Shown in pieces: positions 12,580 through 24,625 of a stretch of 64,000 nt of DNA. This stretch comes from Blastocystis sp. Blastoise (taxonomy: Eukaryota; Protista; Bigyra: Opalinata). The stretch is taken from assembly GCA_039096225.1 (NCBI GenBank), contig JBBPEB010000033.1, positions 372,001-436,000 on the forward strand. Direction: 5' to 3'. Numbering within the stretch: the first letter of the stretch is position 1; every line of letters begins with the position of its first letter. The notes under the pieces were generated by a model. That model was given only the letters and a program-made list of their open reading frames with translations, was not told where the DNA came from and made no database searches. The translations under genes were made by a program, and so were the position numbers.

Positions 12580-14538
12580 ATTAGGTTAATAGTATGTAGA
12601 GATTAAAATATTCTATGTAGTTATGAGAAAAAAACAAGACATACTATTTTATGGGTGGAGATTAAAATGAGATATTCGAGAAAATTTTGACCAACCATTT
12701 CTCTAAATACAAACTGTCGACTTAGCTTTTCTGGTCGAAAGAATCGATAAAACCAAGAATATATGCACTTTTCTTTCATCAACTTAGGAATCTGAAACAA
12801 TCAAATTTTATAGTGAATCCTGAATGAATATCCACGGTAATCTTCAAAGCAGTTTACCATATATTCATTTCCATTATTTGCGTTTCACCTTATAAATGGG
12901 TACTAAATTTTTTTCATTTATTAAATTTACCAACTTTAAATATTCGGTGACTTAATTTACTAGCATTTATTGTATTGACATCTTGATCTATATGTTTTTT
13001 AATATTTTCTTTTGCTTTTCGTGCACATATATAATTGTGAACACTACATTATACAATGAAAAGAAATGCAGATTGTAGTATCAAATTAACCCATGATTGT
13101 AGGATAATATCAATATAAAAAGAAGTATCTATAAAAAAAATTAGTAATAAGAGTAACCCAAATAGTGATATTATTAGGTGTTTATGACCTCTATCCACAG
13201 TACCATCTACATATATATAAAAACTTTGGTTTTTTTAGTTTTAAAACATATTCTTTTTAAATTCTATAAAAAATAAAAAAAAAACTATGAAAAGCAGTTT
13301 AGACTTTTTGCTTTTAAAATATTCTTTTATGATAATTGATTAATATGTAAATAAAAATATTAAATACATACAGAAACTTAGTATTTATCTATATATATAG
13401 TAAATCATGTTTTTCAAGTAAGTCTAAATATATATATTAAAATAGGTTATTACTATTTTTTCTATTTAGTATTCTGAGTTTTCTTCTAATGATCATCAAG
13501 TATGGAAATACGAATAAAGCACGTATTCTGTGTAATTAGTATGATATCTTTGTCTTCATTTTTTCTTGTTTTACTGTAAATTGTATTGAAAATAACTGTG
13601 AAGTAGTATATATCCTATAAGGAAACTAATTCTTTGTTCTGTACATTCTTGAATGAATTATTTTCCAGAATCTATAGTTTTGAGTATGTTGTGATTTGAT
13701 TTTTAATGTATTTAATTGATATATTTATTTCACATTCAATGTAGATTTCTTTCTGTACGATATTATTTTCTTATTAATTAAATTTCGTTATTACATTCAC
13801 AAAACGTACTTTTGTTAATCAAAATATAGAATTGGTTTCAACATAATCTATCTGAACTTCATATCTTAGATTTTATTATGGTAGTATTTCTTCTTCTAAT
13901 CAGTTTCCCTTTTATTTTCATTGTTGTTTTTATTCTATTTTTGCTAGTATACGGATTATCATGATATAACCGTCTTGAAAAGTCATAATACTGCACTTGA
14001 TATCCTATTTTTTTTATGAATCTATAAAAAATACTAAAACTGGATTTATTCTTATTCACTAAAGTTTCGTAATGATTGGTTTTCATTTTTATGTATTCTA
14101 AGAATGAGCCATGATATATAACTAAATTGGTATCCCTATTAATAGGGTCTTCTTTTTCCATAGAAAATAGCTATAGAATACGTGGAAGATGACACATCTT
14201 TATTGAATATGGGGTTATATATATAGTCTCAATTATTGGATATCTTGAAAAATATAGCCAATTAGAATCATATAGGAAGTCTATTCATGATGCTCGTCAT
14301 TCTTGATTGATTTCATCAATGAACAAATGAAATGATGACCAAGCTTTTCTTTTTCCGATTTTTCCGATAATCTTATGAAAGTTTCTCCATTTCTCCGTTT
14401 ATTTATTTATTATTGGATAATTGATTGGACACATTTGACTCTTTAGCATTATTCATACGGTTTCCTTACTATAAGAAAATCTTTTTTTACACAAAGGAAT
14501 GGCACTTCACTTAGAATATATTTTATCTTTTTTTGAAC

Positions 14539-15691
14539 ATGAAAGGATTGAATATTATAGCTCTTTTAGCTATTATTTGCATAGGTATATGTGTATATAT
14601 AGATTATTAAATATAAATTATAGTTTCTGCTCAGGTCACATGTACTGAGCCATCCAAATTATTTACTATAAAAAAGATTTTCGGAGAAAATGCCATTCAA
14701 GAATCATGGATATTATACGAAGGAACTGATGCTACGACAACTCCTATTCATTCTGGACAAGGTGGTGCTGCTGATGCTGCTAATTCAGTTTTATCTTTTG
14801 ATGTTTGTATGAAATTCAACACTCCTTATTTCTTAGTTATGAAGGATACGTATGTAGAGATTATATTCTAGAAGTTATATATCGTTTTTATATATATAGT
14901 GGTGGTGATGGTTGGGGTAATGTTGATACTGCTTCTAGTCTTAATATGTATTTCAACAATATTCTTATTTACAAGACAACTATGCCTTATGGAGCTAGTG
15001 TCTCCCAATCAAGCGAAACGTTTACTTGTATATATTATTGTTATCCATTTTTTTCTGTTATATATATATATATCTATAGTTGAATTCCCTATTATTCCTG
15101 GTTCTCAATGGAAATATACAGATGCTCCTCAAACAGGTTCTACTTGGGCTGCTACTACTTTTGGAGATTCTGCTTGGACTTCTGCTGCTGCTCCTAATTT
15201 CCCTGTTTTAACTACTACTCGTTATTATCGTTATTCTACTTCTTTTACTGATAATGCTTCTATTGTTGCTTTTGACCTTCGTATTACTAATCAACATGCT
15301 GTTGCTATTTATGTCAATGGACAAGAAGCTTATCGTAATGCATTACCTACGTATATATATTTTTTATCATAATATATTAAACGATTTTTTTTTAATTTTG
15401 ATTTGTTCTAAATCATATTTGTATTAATATATAAATATATAGTGGTGCTATTTCTTCTACTACTGTTCCCACTGAAGTTGCTGAAACTTCTGGTGTTGTT
15501 AGAGAGTATGTATATATTTCTAGTAAAATTATTAATATTATATAAACATAGAATTGTTGTTCCTAAGACACTTTTTGTTCCTTCAGGAAATACTATAACA
15601 GTTGCTGTTGAAGTTCATTTAGGTGCTGGTGTTACTAGTGTTCCTGATGTATTTGATTCCATGGTTAGTCTTATTAAAACTACTTGTATGC

Positions 15692-15781
<90 letters not shown>

Positions 15782-18700
15782 TATTATATATTTCATCATA
15801 TATTATTATATATATCATCATATATTATTATCTATATATAATTCTATAGCTTTACAAGTTGGTTTTATTTCGGGTACTCCTACTTGTGTTCCTGATGCTA
15901 CTTATGCCTCTGAAAAATGTCCTTCTGCTTTTGATCAAAATATTGGTACTAAATTCTTAGTTTGGGGTACAAATACTGCTACTATTACTATTCCTCTTAA
16001 TAATAAATCGTAAATATATATAAATATATATTTTATTTGATCATAAATATTGATTATTTTATTATTAATATTACTCTAGTGCTGCTTGGATTAATGCTTA
16101 TACTCTAGTATCTGCTAATGATGTTCCTTCAAGAGATCCTCGTTCTTGGAAGTTCTACGGTTCTACCGATGGTTCTACTTGGGATTTATTAGATCATCAA
16201 ATTGATCAAACCTTTGAATCTAGAGCTTTACAAAAAGTATACAAGATTCGTTCTAATAGAAAGATTTACAAGAACTTTAAGTTAGATATTTGTATATATA
16301 TATATATTATATTATTTATTTTTTGTTAAATATATGTTATTCATATATTTTTAATGAATTGTTTTATAACCAAATCAACTTCGTTTTATACAATATTTAA
16401 TAAACATATCTTATAATCACTAATATCCTATTTCATATATATTTAATAAATAACATTTCTTTAGTATCTCATCAACCTAGTGGTAATGATATTCAATTAG
16501 CTGAAGTACAATTAGCTTGGACTCCTGATACTATTTTAAATCCTGGTTTACAATATGAATCGAACTCTAAATCTTTTGGCATTGGTGATTCTATTAAAAT
16601 ATCTCCTATTTCTTCTGGTTATTCTACTTATACTATTAATCCTGCTCTTCCTTCTGGTCTTACTCTTAATGCTAATACTGGTGTTATTACTGGTTCTAGT
16701 ACTGTATCTTCTACTGTTACTTATACTATTAGTGCTCTTGATGGTGCTAATGTATCTTCTAGTTTCTCTCTTACTCTTACATTTACTGGATGTGATCAAC
16801 CTGCTTTAGCTAGAATATATTTCAGAAAAGTCAATAAATCGACTTCAAAAGATGAACGTTTTGTTGTTTATTCTGCTTCTAATACTGTTATTTTAGATTC
16901 TAGAGGCCTATCTAGTGGTGCTGAACAAACTTATTCGAAATGTGAACCTTCAGGTATCTATAAGATTGTTGTTACTGATGATGGTAATAATGGCTGGCAA
17001 AGTGGTGCTATGTTAGATATTGAATTATATACGGATCTTACTAATAAATATAGAATTGCTCGTTATTATCTTATTTCGGGTACTACTGAAACCTTTTATA
17101 TTAATACAAAGATGGATCTTGCTCCTAGAGATTCTACTTGGAAATATTTCCTTGGTACTACTGTTATTGATCCTTCTTGGAAAAATCAAATGTTTGCTGA
17201 TACTACTTGGACTCCTTTCACTTTTAATCCTTTACCTCAAACTACTACTAATATTATATTATTAAGAAAAACATTCACTGTATCTACTAAAACTGATATG
17301 GAAGGTTGGGAATTACGTTTTAAATCTAAAGCTGGTACTGTTGTTTATATTAATGGTTTAGAAGTTTATAGATATAATCTTCCTGTTGGTGAAATTACTA
17401 CTGCTACTGTTGCTACTGGTGGTGATACGACTTATAAATGGAGAGGTGTTTCTGGTCCTATGAAACAAATTACTGGTAATTCTATTACTGTTGCTATTGG
17501 TCTTGTTAATCTTGCTACAACTACTCCTGCTGATGTTGATTTCGATTGCTTATTCAGATTCTTAAGAGGTTCTAGTGTTCTTAGTCGTTCTTTAAATGAT
17601 ATAGAATGTACTGCTTCTGAAGCTTGGGGTACTACTTGTAATGATGTTTTTGATGATAATATTAGTACTAGATATATTACCACTATTCATGATTCTATTA
17701 CTCCTAAATTTATATCTGCTACTTTCAAGAATAATAGAGCTGAATATATTAATAAGTATTGTATTATCTCTAATTGGGATGCTCCTCGTCATGATCCTGT
17801 TGATTGGAATATTTCAGGTACTATGGATGGTACTACATTTACTCCTCTTACTACTGTTTCTAATATATCTTGGGAATTCAGACAACAAAGACAATGTTTC
17901 TATATACCTGCTATTACTCAAGCTTATGTTGGTTATAAATTAGAAATTACTAAAGCTGCTAGTATTGAAGCAGAAAATAGATATGCATTAACTGAATGGG
18001 AATTACATATTGATGATTTAGACAAACCTATTCCTGCTTTTACTTTTTCTCCTTCTAATCTTGTTGCTTATAGAGGTATTGCTGTTCCTGCTTTTTTAGT
18101 ATCTTCTGAATACTATTCTAATTTCTCTATTTCTCCTGCTCTTCCTTCTCCTTTATCTTTAGATACTTCTAATGGTTATATTAATGGTATTCCTAATACT
18201 TTAATGAATCCTTCTACTTATACTATTTCTGCTATTAATCCCAGTGGTACTCCTGTTGCTACTACTATTTCATTCTCTGTCATTGCTTGTCAAGCTCCTA
18301 ATGTATTATTTGGATTAAAGTTTGTTTTTGAAGGTGGTGCTATTGAAGCTTCTTGGACATTAAAAGATCCTATTACGAATACTGTTATTCAAAGTGAAAC
18401 TTCTTCTGTTTCTTATGCCACTATACAATATAACTTCTGTAAACCTGCTCAAGTGTATAATTTAATTTTAGGAGATACAGCTAATGATGGTTGGGGTGCT
18501 GGTTATTATAATCTTGTTTTAGAAGATGGTACTGTTCTTTCTACTGGATCAGTTGCTTATGGTGAATCTCCTAAGACTGTTATTCTTAATGTTGCTTACT
18601 TAGTTATTCCTGGAGGTACTAATTGGTCTTATCTTGTTGATGGTACTACTGCTCCTACTGGTTGGAATACTGCTTCCTTTGCTTCTACTTGGCAATCAGG

Positions 18701-21095
18701 TGTTCCTGCTACTATTCCTGCTCCTTTAGGTTCTGTTCAATATTATAGATCTACTTTTACTGTTCCTGCTGATACTGCTTTATATGCTGGTCTTGAAATT
18801 AATATTAAAGCTTATGCTGGTTTAGTTATATATGTGAATGGTGCAGAAGTTTATAGAGCTAATATGCCTTCTGGTACTATTACTCCTTCTACTGGTGCTA
18901 CTTCTGAAACTACTGGATATCAATCTTATACTGTAACTGTCTCTTTAGATTTCGGATCTGTTATTGTTGGTAATAATATATTAGGTATTGAAATGCATAA
19001 GAAAGAAACACTTCCTTCTACTAATGGTTTTGATGGTTTTGTTCAATATGTTGCTAAAGATGAATATAGAATTGGTTATGGTACTCCATGGTGTGATATA
19101 GAAAAACATGATAGTGAAGGTATTGAGAAATTATTTGATAATAATATTCAGACAAAAATGTTAACTGGTCCTCGTTGTGTTGGTGCTAAATTCCAATGGA
19201 ATTATTCTAATCAAAGAAGAGAATTTATTAATCAATATAAAGTAACTAATGGTAATGATTGTAATACTAGACATCCTTCTGGTTGGAGAATTGAAGGTTC
19301 TAATGATGATGGTGCTACTTGGACTATTTTACATGCTGTTACTGGACAAATGTGGACATCTCCTAGACAAACTGTTTCTTATGATTTTTATAATATTGTT
19401 TCTTATAAGAGTTATCAGATGGTAGTTACTGAATGTAATAATCAAGCATTCACAGGATATCCCCAATGTTTTGCTGGTAATATTCAATTAGCAGAATGGG
19501 GTTTATATACTACAAAGATAGGTTCTGTTTGTCAAGCTCAAGGTGATTATTCTACTGCTGTTGAAGGTGGATATAGTTATAAGAATTGTGATACTGGTTA
19601 TTCTGGTTTCAAGAGAAAACTTTGTACTGCTGGAGTCTTTGGTGCTGAAGAAAACCTTTGTGTTGTTGATGCTCCTGCTGGTTTAACTTATTCTGGAAGT
19701 CCTTTTACTTTCTATAAGAATACTCCAGCTAGTATTTATGCTTCTGTAACAGGTGCTGAATTATCATTTACTATTACTCCTTCTCTTCCTTCTGGTCTTA
19801 TGATTAATTCTTCTACTGGTGCTATTACAGGTACTCCTCTTACTGATAATGCTCTTACTACTTATACTATTACAGCTACGAACTCTGCTGGTTTTGTAGA
19901 AACTACAGTTATGATTCAAGTAAGTACTTCTCGTTGTACGGCTGAAAATGGTTATCCTCTAACTGAAGCTGGTGCTACTGCTACAAAACCTTGTCCTGAT
20001 CCTGTTAATTATGAAGGATCTTATACTCGTGTATGTCAAGCTGGTAATCCTGCTATTTGGGGAGCTGAACAAAATGGTTGCTTACTTAAATTACCTACTA
20101 TTACATATACTACTCCTTCTCTTTCTGGATTTAAAGGTGTTTCTTTATCTACTTCTGCTGTTATTACGGGTAGTCAAATTACTTCAATAACTATTGCTCC
20201 TGCTCTTCCTAATGGATTAACATTTAATGCTCAAAATGGTCAAATCTCTGGTATTCCTACTACTGCTTCTTCAGGTACTTATACTGTTACTATAACGAAT
20301 AGTAGAGGTTCTAATCAAGCTACTCTTACTATTACTGTAATTATTGTTCAATGTCCTATTGATGGTACTTGGCCTGCTACTGAACGTGATACTATTGCTT
20401 ATCAATCATGTCCTTCTGGTCAATCAGGTGTAATATCTCGTCGTTGTAATAGTAATGGACCTTCTATTAATTTTGGTACTTGGGCTACTGCTGATTCTTC
20501 AAATTGTTATGTAAATAGTGCTGATACTAAACCTGGTGAATCTCATACTTTTATTCGTTTCCCTGTTATTCTTAATGGTATTACTGCTACTGAATTTAAT
20601 ACTTTATCTACTTATGAAACTTTTAGAACTACTTTTGTTTCCCTTCTTAATCAATATTCTATTGCTTCTACTAATGTGGTAATTGAAAGTGTAAGTGCTT
20701 CTACATTCTATCAAACATCTACTCGTGTTAATATGAGAATTAATGTTCAAGAAGCTCAAAAAGATACTGTTGGTAATTATATTCGTGATACTATTATTCC
20801 TAATCAATTATCAAATTCTTTAAGATCTTCAACTGATGCTAATTTAAAGAAAGTATCTTCTTGTTCTACTAATTCTAGTGAGTTTACATATCAAAATAAT
20901 GGATTACCAGGTGGTGTTATTGCTCTTATTGTTGTTCTTGTCGTTGTTTTAGTTGCTGTTATTGGTGTTGCTATTTTCTGCATTTTCATTCGTGTGAAAG
21001 GAAAGAATAATAAAAATCATAAGAAATTAGATGGCAAGAAGAAGGTTGAAGCCAAAACACCTACAAAAGATAGTTCAAAAGCTGTAAAGGTTTAA
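14539..21095 (+). CDS. Giant type-I membrane surface protein with repeated galactose-binding-like/discoidin-like modules, He_PIG-type Ig domains, Cys-rich HRM-like repeats, TM helix and short basic tail
   Basis: Signal peptide MKGLNIIALLAIICI|VSA. Several 5' introns, then one exon of ~4.6 kb (~16465-21095). Repeated motifs GDGWG/DGW, W.Y...P..W...F.D..W, YVNG.EVYR.N.P, NDVPSRDPRSWKFYGSTDG, LPSGL..N..TG.I.GTP and CPIDGTWPAT...CPSGQSG.I.R.C. TM segment GVIALIVVLVVVLVAVIGVAIFCIFI. Confidence 0.88.
15697..15786. repeat. (TAT)n microsatellite in an intron of the surface-protein gene
   Basis: Direct reading; it produces the spurious poly-I/L/Y ORFs in the track. Confidence 0.9.
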
Positions 21096-21758
21096 AGAAT
21101 AACAAATTTCATTTCTATACATATATATTAGTATATTTATATTTAGTTAGTATTAATATGACAGTAGATATTGAGTTGTTTTATTTCTCGGTATTGTGCG
21201 ATTATAACTATTCGTTTAATTTAATCTTAGAAAATTGTTTTCACTTAATTATTAAGAAGCCTTAATCATTATTCAGTTTTCATAACCTAAACAACAATTG
21301 ACAGAAAATGTAAACTATTTTTTATAAATTTATATGTAAGCAGTAAATAAAAAGGACTTTCTAATCCATAAAAATAGCGACAGCGAAATATTAATAAGAA
21401 AAAACATATAATTGTGAATGTTTATCTTTGTGTATGAGAAAAGAGAACATTATTCAGTTGTAGAATGTCTCTTTATTCTAGGTTCATGTATTTAAAATGC
21501 ACTTTCTAGATTTCCATTGAATACTATAATGAAAACAAAGAATAATGAAAAAAATAATGTCTTTTCTTGAAATTTCCTTTTTTCTTCTGGGAATCTGGCA
21601 TTACTACTCTCCACAATAATTTCATGTTAAAAAAGAGAGAATAAATCATTTCTTTAATTGGATAAAGAAAACATGTTTCTCTTTTTCTATTGGAAGAATT
21701 CTTTAACCGTCAAGAAATTTCTTTGTTTTTTGTCTATTTTCATAGTTTCCACTTCCAA

Positions 21759-21802
21759 ATATCTGTCAAACGCGTATTGTTTTTTTCTCAAACGCGTATT
21801 TT
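21759..21802 (+). repeat. Left 44-bp inverted repeat with two CAAACGCGTATT units
   Basis: Base-by-base match to the reverse complement of 24509-24552. Confidence 0.92.
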
Positions 21803-24508
21803 TATGTTTTTGTGTGTATTTTGTTTTTGGTTGAACTCAGTTGATATTTATTTTTTTTAAATAATTTTTTGCATAAACTCTTTTCTAATCTATCAGAGAC
21901 TACTTCATAAATATGAAGTGTATACACATAATACACAATGAAAAATCAGTACACAAAGTTGCTCGTCTTATTTTATAGTACCAACTTTTTTAATGACAAG
22001 AGCGACTTATTAAAAAGAGTTAATCTAAAAAATATATAAGAATATGTTTATCTTCAAGAATATACAAATAATTTCCACTCAAATGAGTTTGAGCAAGTAT
22101 CACTTGAATAATGTTCTTTCAAAATTAGTCTATTACAACATAAATGAGGTCTATATCGTCTGCAATTATTGTTAACGTATCTATCTTAAAAATTAGTAAT
22201 ATTTTATCAATAATTTAGTGCTAATTCTCATATTATTATCATTAAAAATCATTATTTGTTGGATATTATAATCAACCCTAAATCAAGACTAATATAAATG
22301 ATAAAATAATCACTGAACATTAAGAAATACACTACCTTTAGACACACAATTAACAACTGTTTTTTATAGTCTTATATATTGAGTTAACAATCCTACTCAT
22401 AAAATAAATTAGTTAAAGAAATAATATGTCAAGTTATTTATAAAATAATATCTATGTATAAACATATAATAAAAATTAAGAATAATGAAAAAGACAACAA
22501 AAAATTTCACACTCATTCCTTTACTCCATGAATATTCCTGATTACTGAAGTTCATAGAATGATTAACTAGTTTCTATTTTTATATATGTATAAAACATAA
22601 GCCGTGCTTATTTATATTATTTATATTAAAATATTTGAAATTAAATTTAGTGTTTCAAAAAGAGGATTTTATTTTTTTTTTACATTTTTTATTGTTTTTC
22701 ATAAAAACACTAACTAACTATGATATTTTGATGGTTAATAATAAGTCACAGAGTATTGAAATTTTGGTATATTATGCATCTATCAATCTATATTATATAT
22801 ATAAACCTTGAAAACAATTAATGAAATATTTATTGATTAAAGGGCACGATAACAATACCCTAAAAAGAGTTTTTAAAAAATGTATATTATGTCAAATATA
22901 TATATGTTTTCTTTATGTGTTTATTTCTCTTTATTATATTTTTTGCAACTATAGTCGAATATCTATCATTTTTAAATAATTTAAAATTCTGAAATTCATT
23001 TATAATTTATATTACTTTATTGTCAAAAAGTATGAAAAAATGCATTTCATTGTGTTGTATCATAATGTATTGATTCTAGAATTTTCACTATCATAATGTA
23101 ATAGCAAGCATATAAACAGTTTGAAACTGCACATACTTTTGAATTTCTATTTTTCAATATGGGAAAAAAAGAAAAAAGTGTAAAAAACTCAAAAAGCCAT
23201 ATACATATAATTTCTTTTGTGTTAATAAATACTTAAATATTTATATATAAATCTATATTTTACTAAATAGAGATACTTAACATTGTACTAATTTAATATA
23301 TATAAACTGTTCCCAATCTACCTGAAGAGATAGGTAACCTGACATTAATTAATAACAGAAAAAAAAACATTTTTTTCTGGCTTTTTCTTTCTTTTAGCAG
23401 CTTTCTTTATACCAGTAAGAATTATTTGTTTTTCAAATATCATTTGAATATTTATATAAGAGAGTGTTAAATATATAAGAATATCTTTTTTTTTGTTTTT
23501 AATTCAATAATTATCAAGAACTATCACTAAGTGTAACAACCCTTTTTTTAGAAAAACACTTTAACGTCAATTGAAAATGATTATTTTTCTCCGTAAGGAA
23601 AATATTAAAAAGATATTTATTAACATAATATTAAAGTTCACATAACATATATCTTATAACTATAAATTAAAATTATAAATAAATCAATTTGGTGAAACTA
23701 AACGCTTGCAAATCCATAATAAATCAAATTTTCTGTTTAGTGTTAATAAACTATGAAGAACTAATTTTTATGTTTTTTGCTTATTGTTGTAGTCAAAAGT
23801 ATTTGGTACTCAAGAAAATATAATTATTTTTAGTTTGATGATATTGGAAGTTAATCATTTACAATTCCAATAATTATAAAATATTTTATAATCTACAAAA
23901 ATTATTATGAAAAATATTCACGTCATATGCAACCTAAAAATAAAAATATGACTGCCTGAAATAAAAGACAGAAACCTGAAAATGAGAATTATGACATGAC
24001 AAATATATTTATTGTTTTATTTATTTTATTAATTAGTTCAATCATTTAATCATAGTAAAATAGTTGAAATCAATTTGAGAAGAATCTGATTATTTATAAT
24101 AGGGATTTCAACCCATTCAAAATTTTATCTCATATATTTAGCTTTTAAGTCATTACAATATATTTAAAGTACTCTGTAGAAAGTAAATCATAATGAATTA
24201 AAACAAACGAAGAATATGAAGTTCAGTATCACGACCTAGAAGACAGTTTCAAAGACTTATTTGTCGACAAGATTATGTCAGAACTCATTCTCTATGTGTA
24301 TTTACGAAATCAGAATGACCTAACAAAGTTTGATAGAGTACACCCTTGAAATGAATACAATTTGACTCTTATTTTTCTTCTTCATAAGGCACTAATGAAA
24401 TATTTAATCATATGTTGTGTGTAATAGCACTGAAGCTTGACATAAAAAGTTATATAGCTAAGAAAAAAATATCACAGTTATTCTTTTATTTTAGAAAATA
24501 ATCTTGAG

Positions 24509-24552
24509 AAAATACGCGTTTGAGAAAAAAACAATACGCGTTTGACAGATAT
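24509..24552 (-). repeat. Right 44-bp inverted repeat, 73 bp upstream of the BCAT ATG
   Basis: AAAATACGCGTTTGAGAAAAAAACAATACGCGTTTGACAGATAT. Confidence 0.92.
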
Positions 24553-24625
24553 GGTTCTCTAAAAAAAGGGAATCATTCAAAGGTTATTTAACTTTTTGTT
24601 TTGTTGAATTCGACAAGTCTTAAAA

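Larger units (their letters stand above)
21759..24552. mobile_element. Putative non-autonomous TIR element or invertible segment (~2.8 kb) bounded by perfect 44-bp inverted repeats
   Basis: 21759-21802 ATATCTGTCAAACGCGTATTGTTTTTTTCTCAAACGCGTATTTT is the exact reverse complement of 24509-24552. No ORF of 60 aa or more lies inside. The outer ATAT (or TA) could be a target-site duplication. Confidence 0.5.

Noticed and set aside
21957-22008. Imperfect hairpin AAGTTGCTC...GAGCGACTT inside the inverted-repeat segment
   Set aside because: Short and mismatched; cannot be distinguished from chance without covariation data.
21759-24552. CRISPR array or autonomous transposon
   Set aside because: No repeat-spacer periodicity and no transposase ORF; the DNA is eukaryotic.
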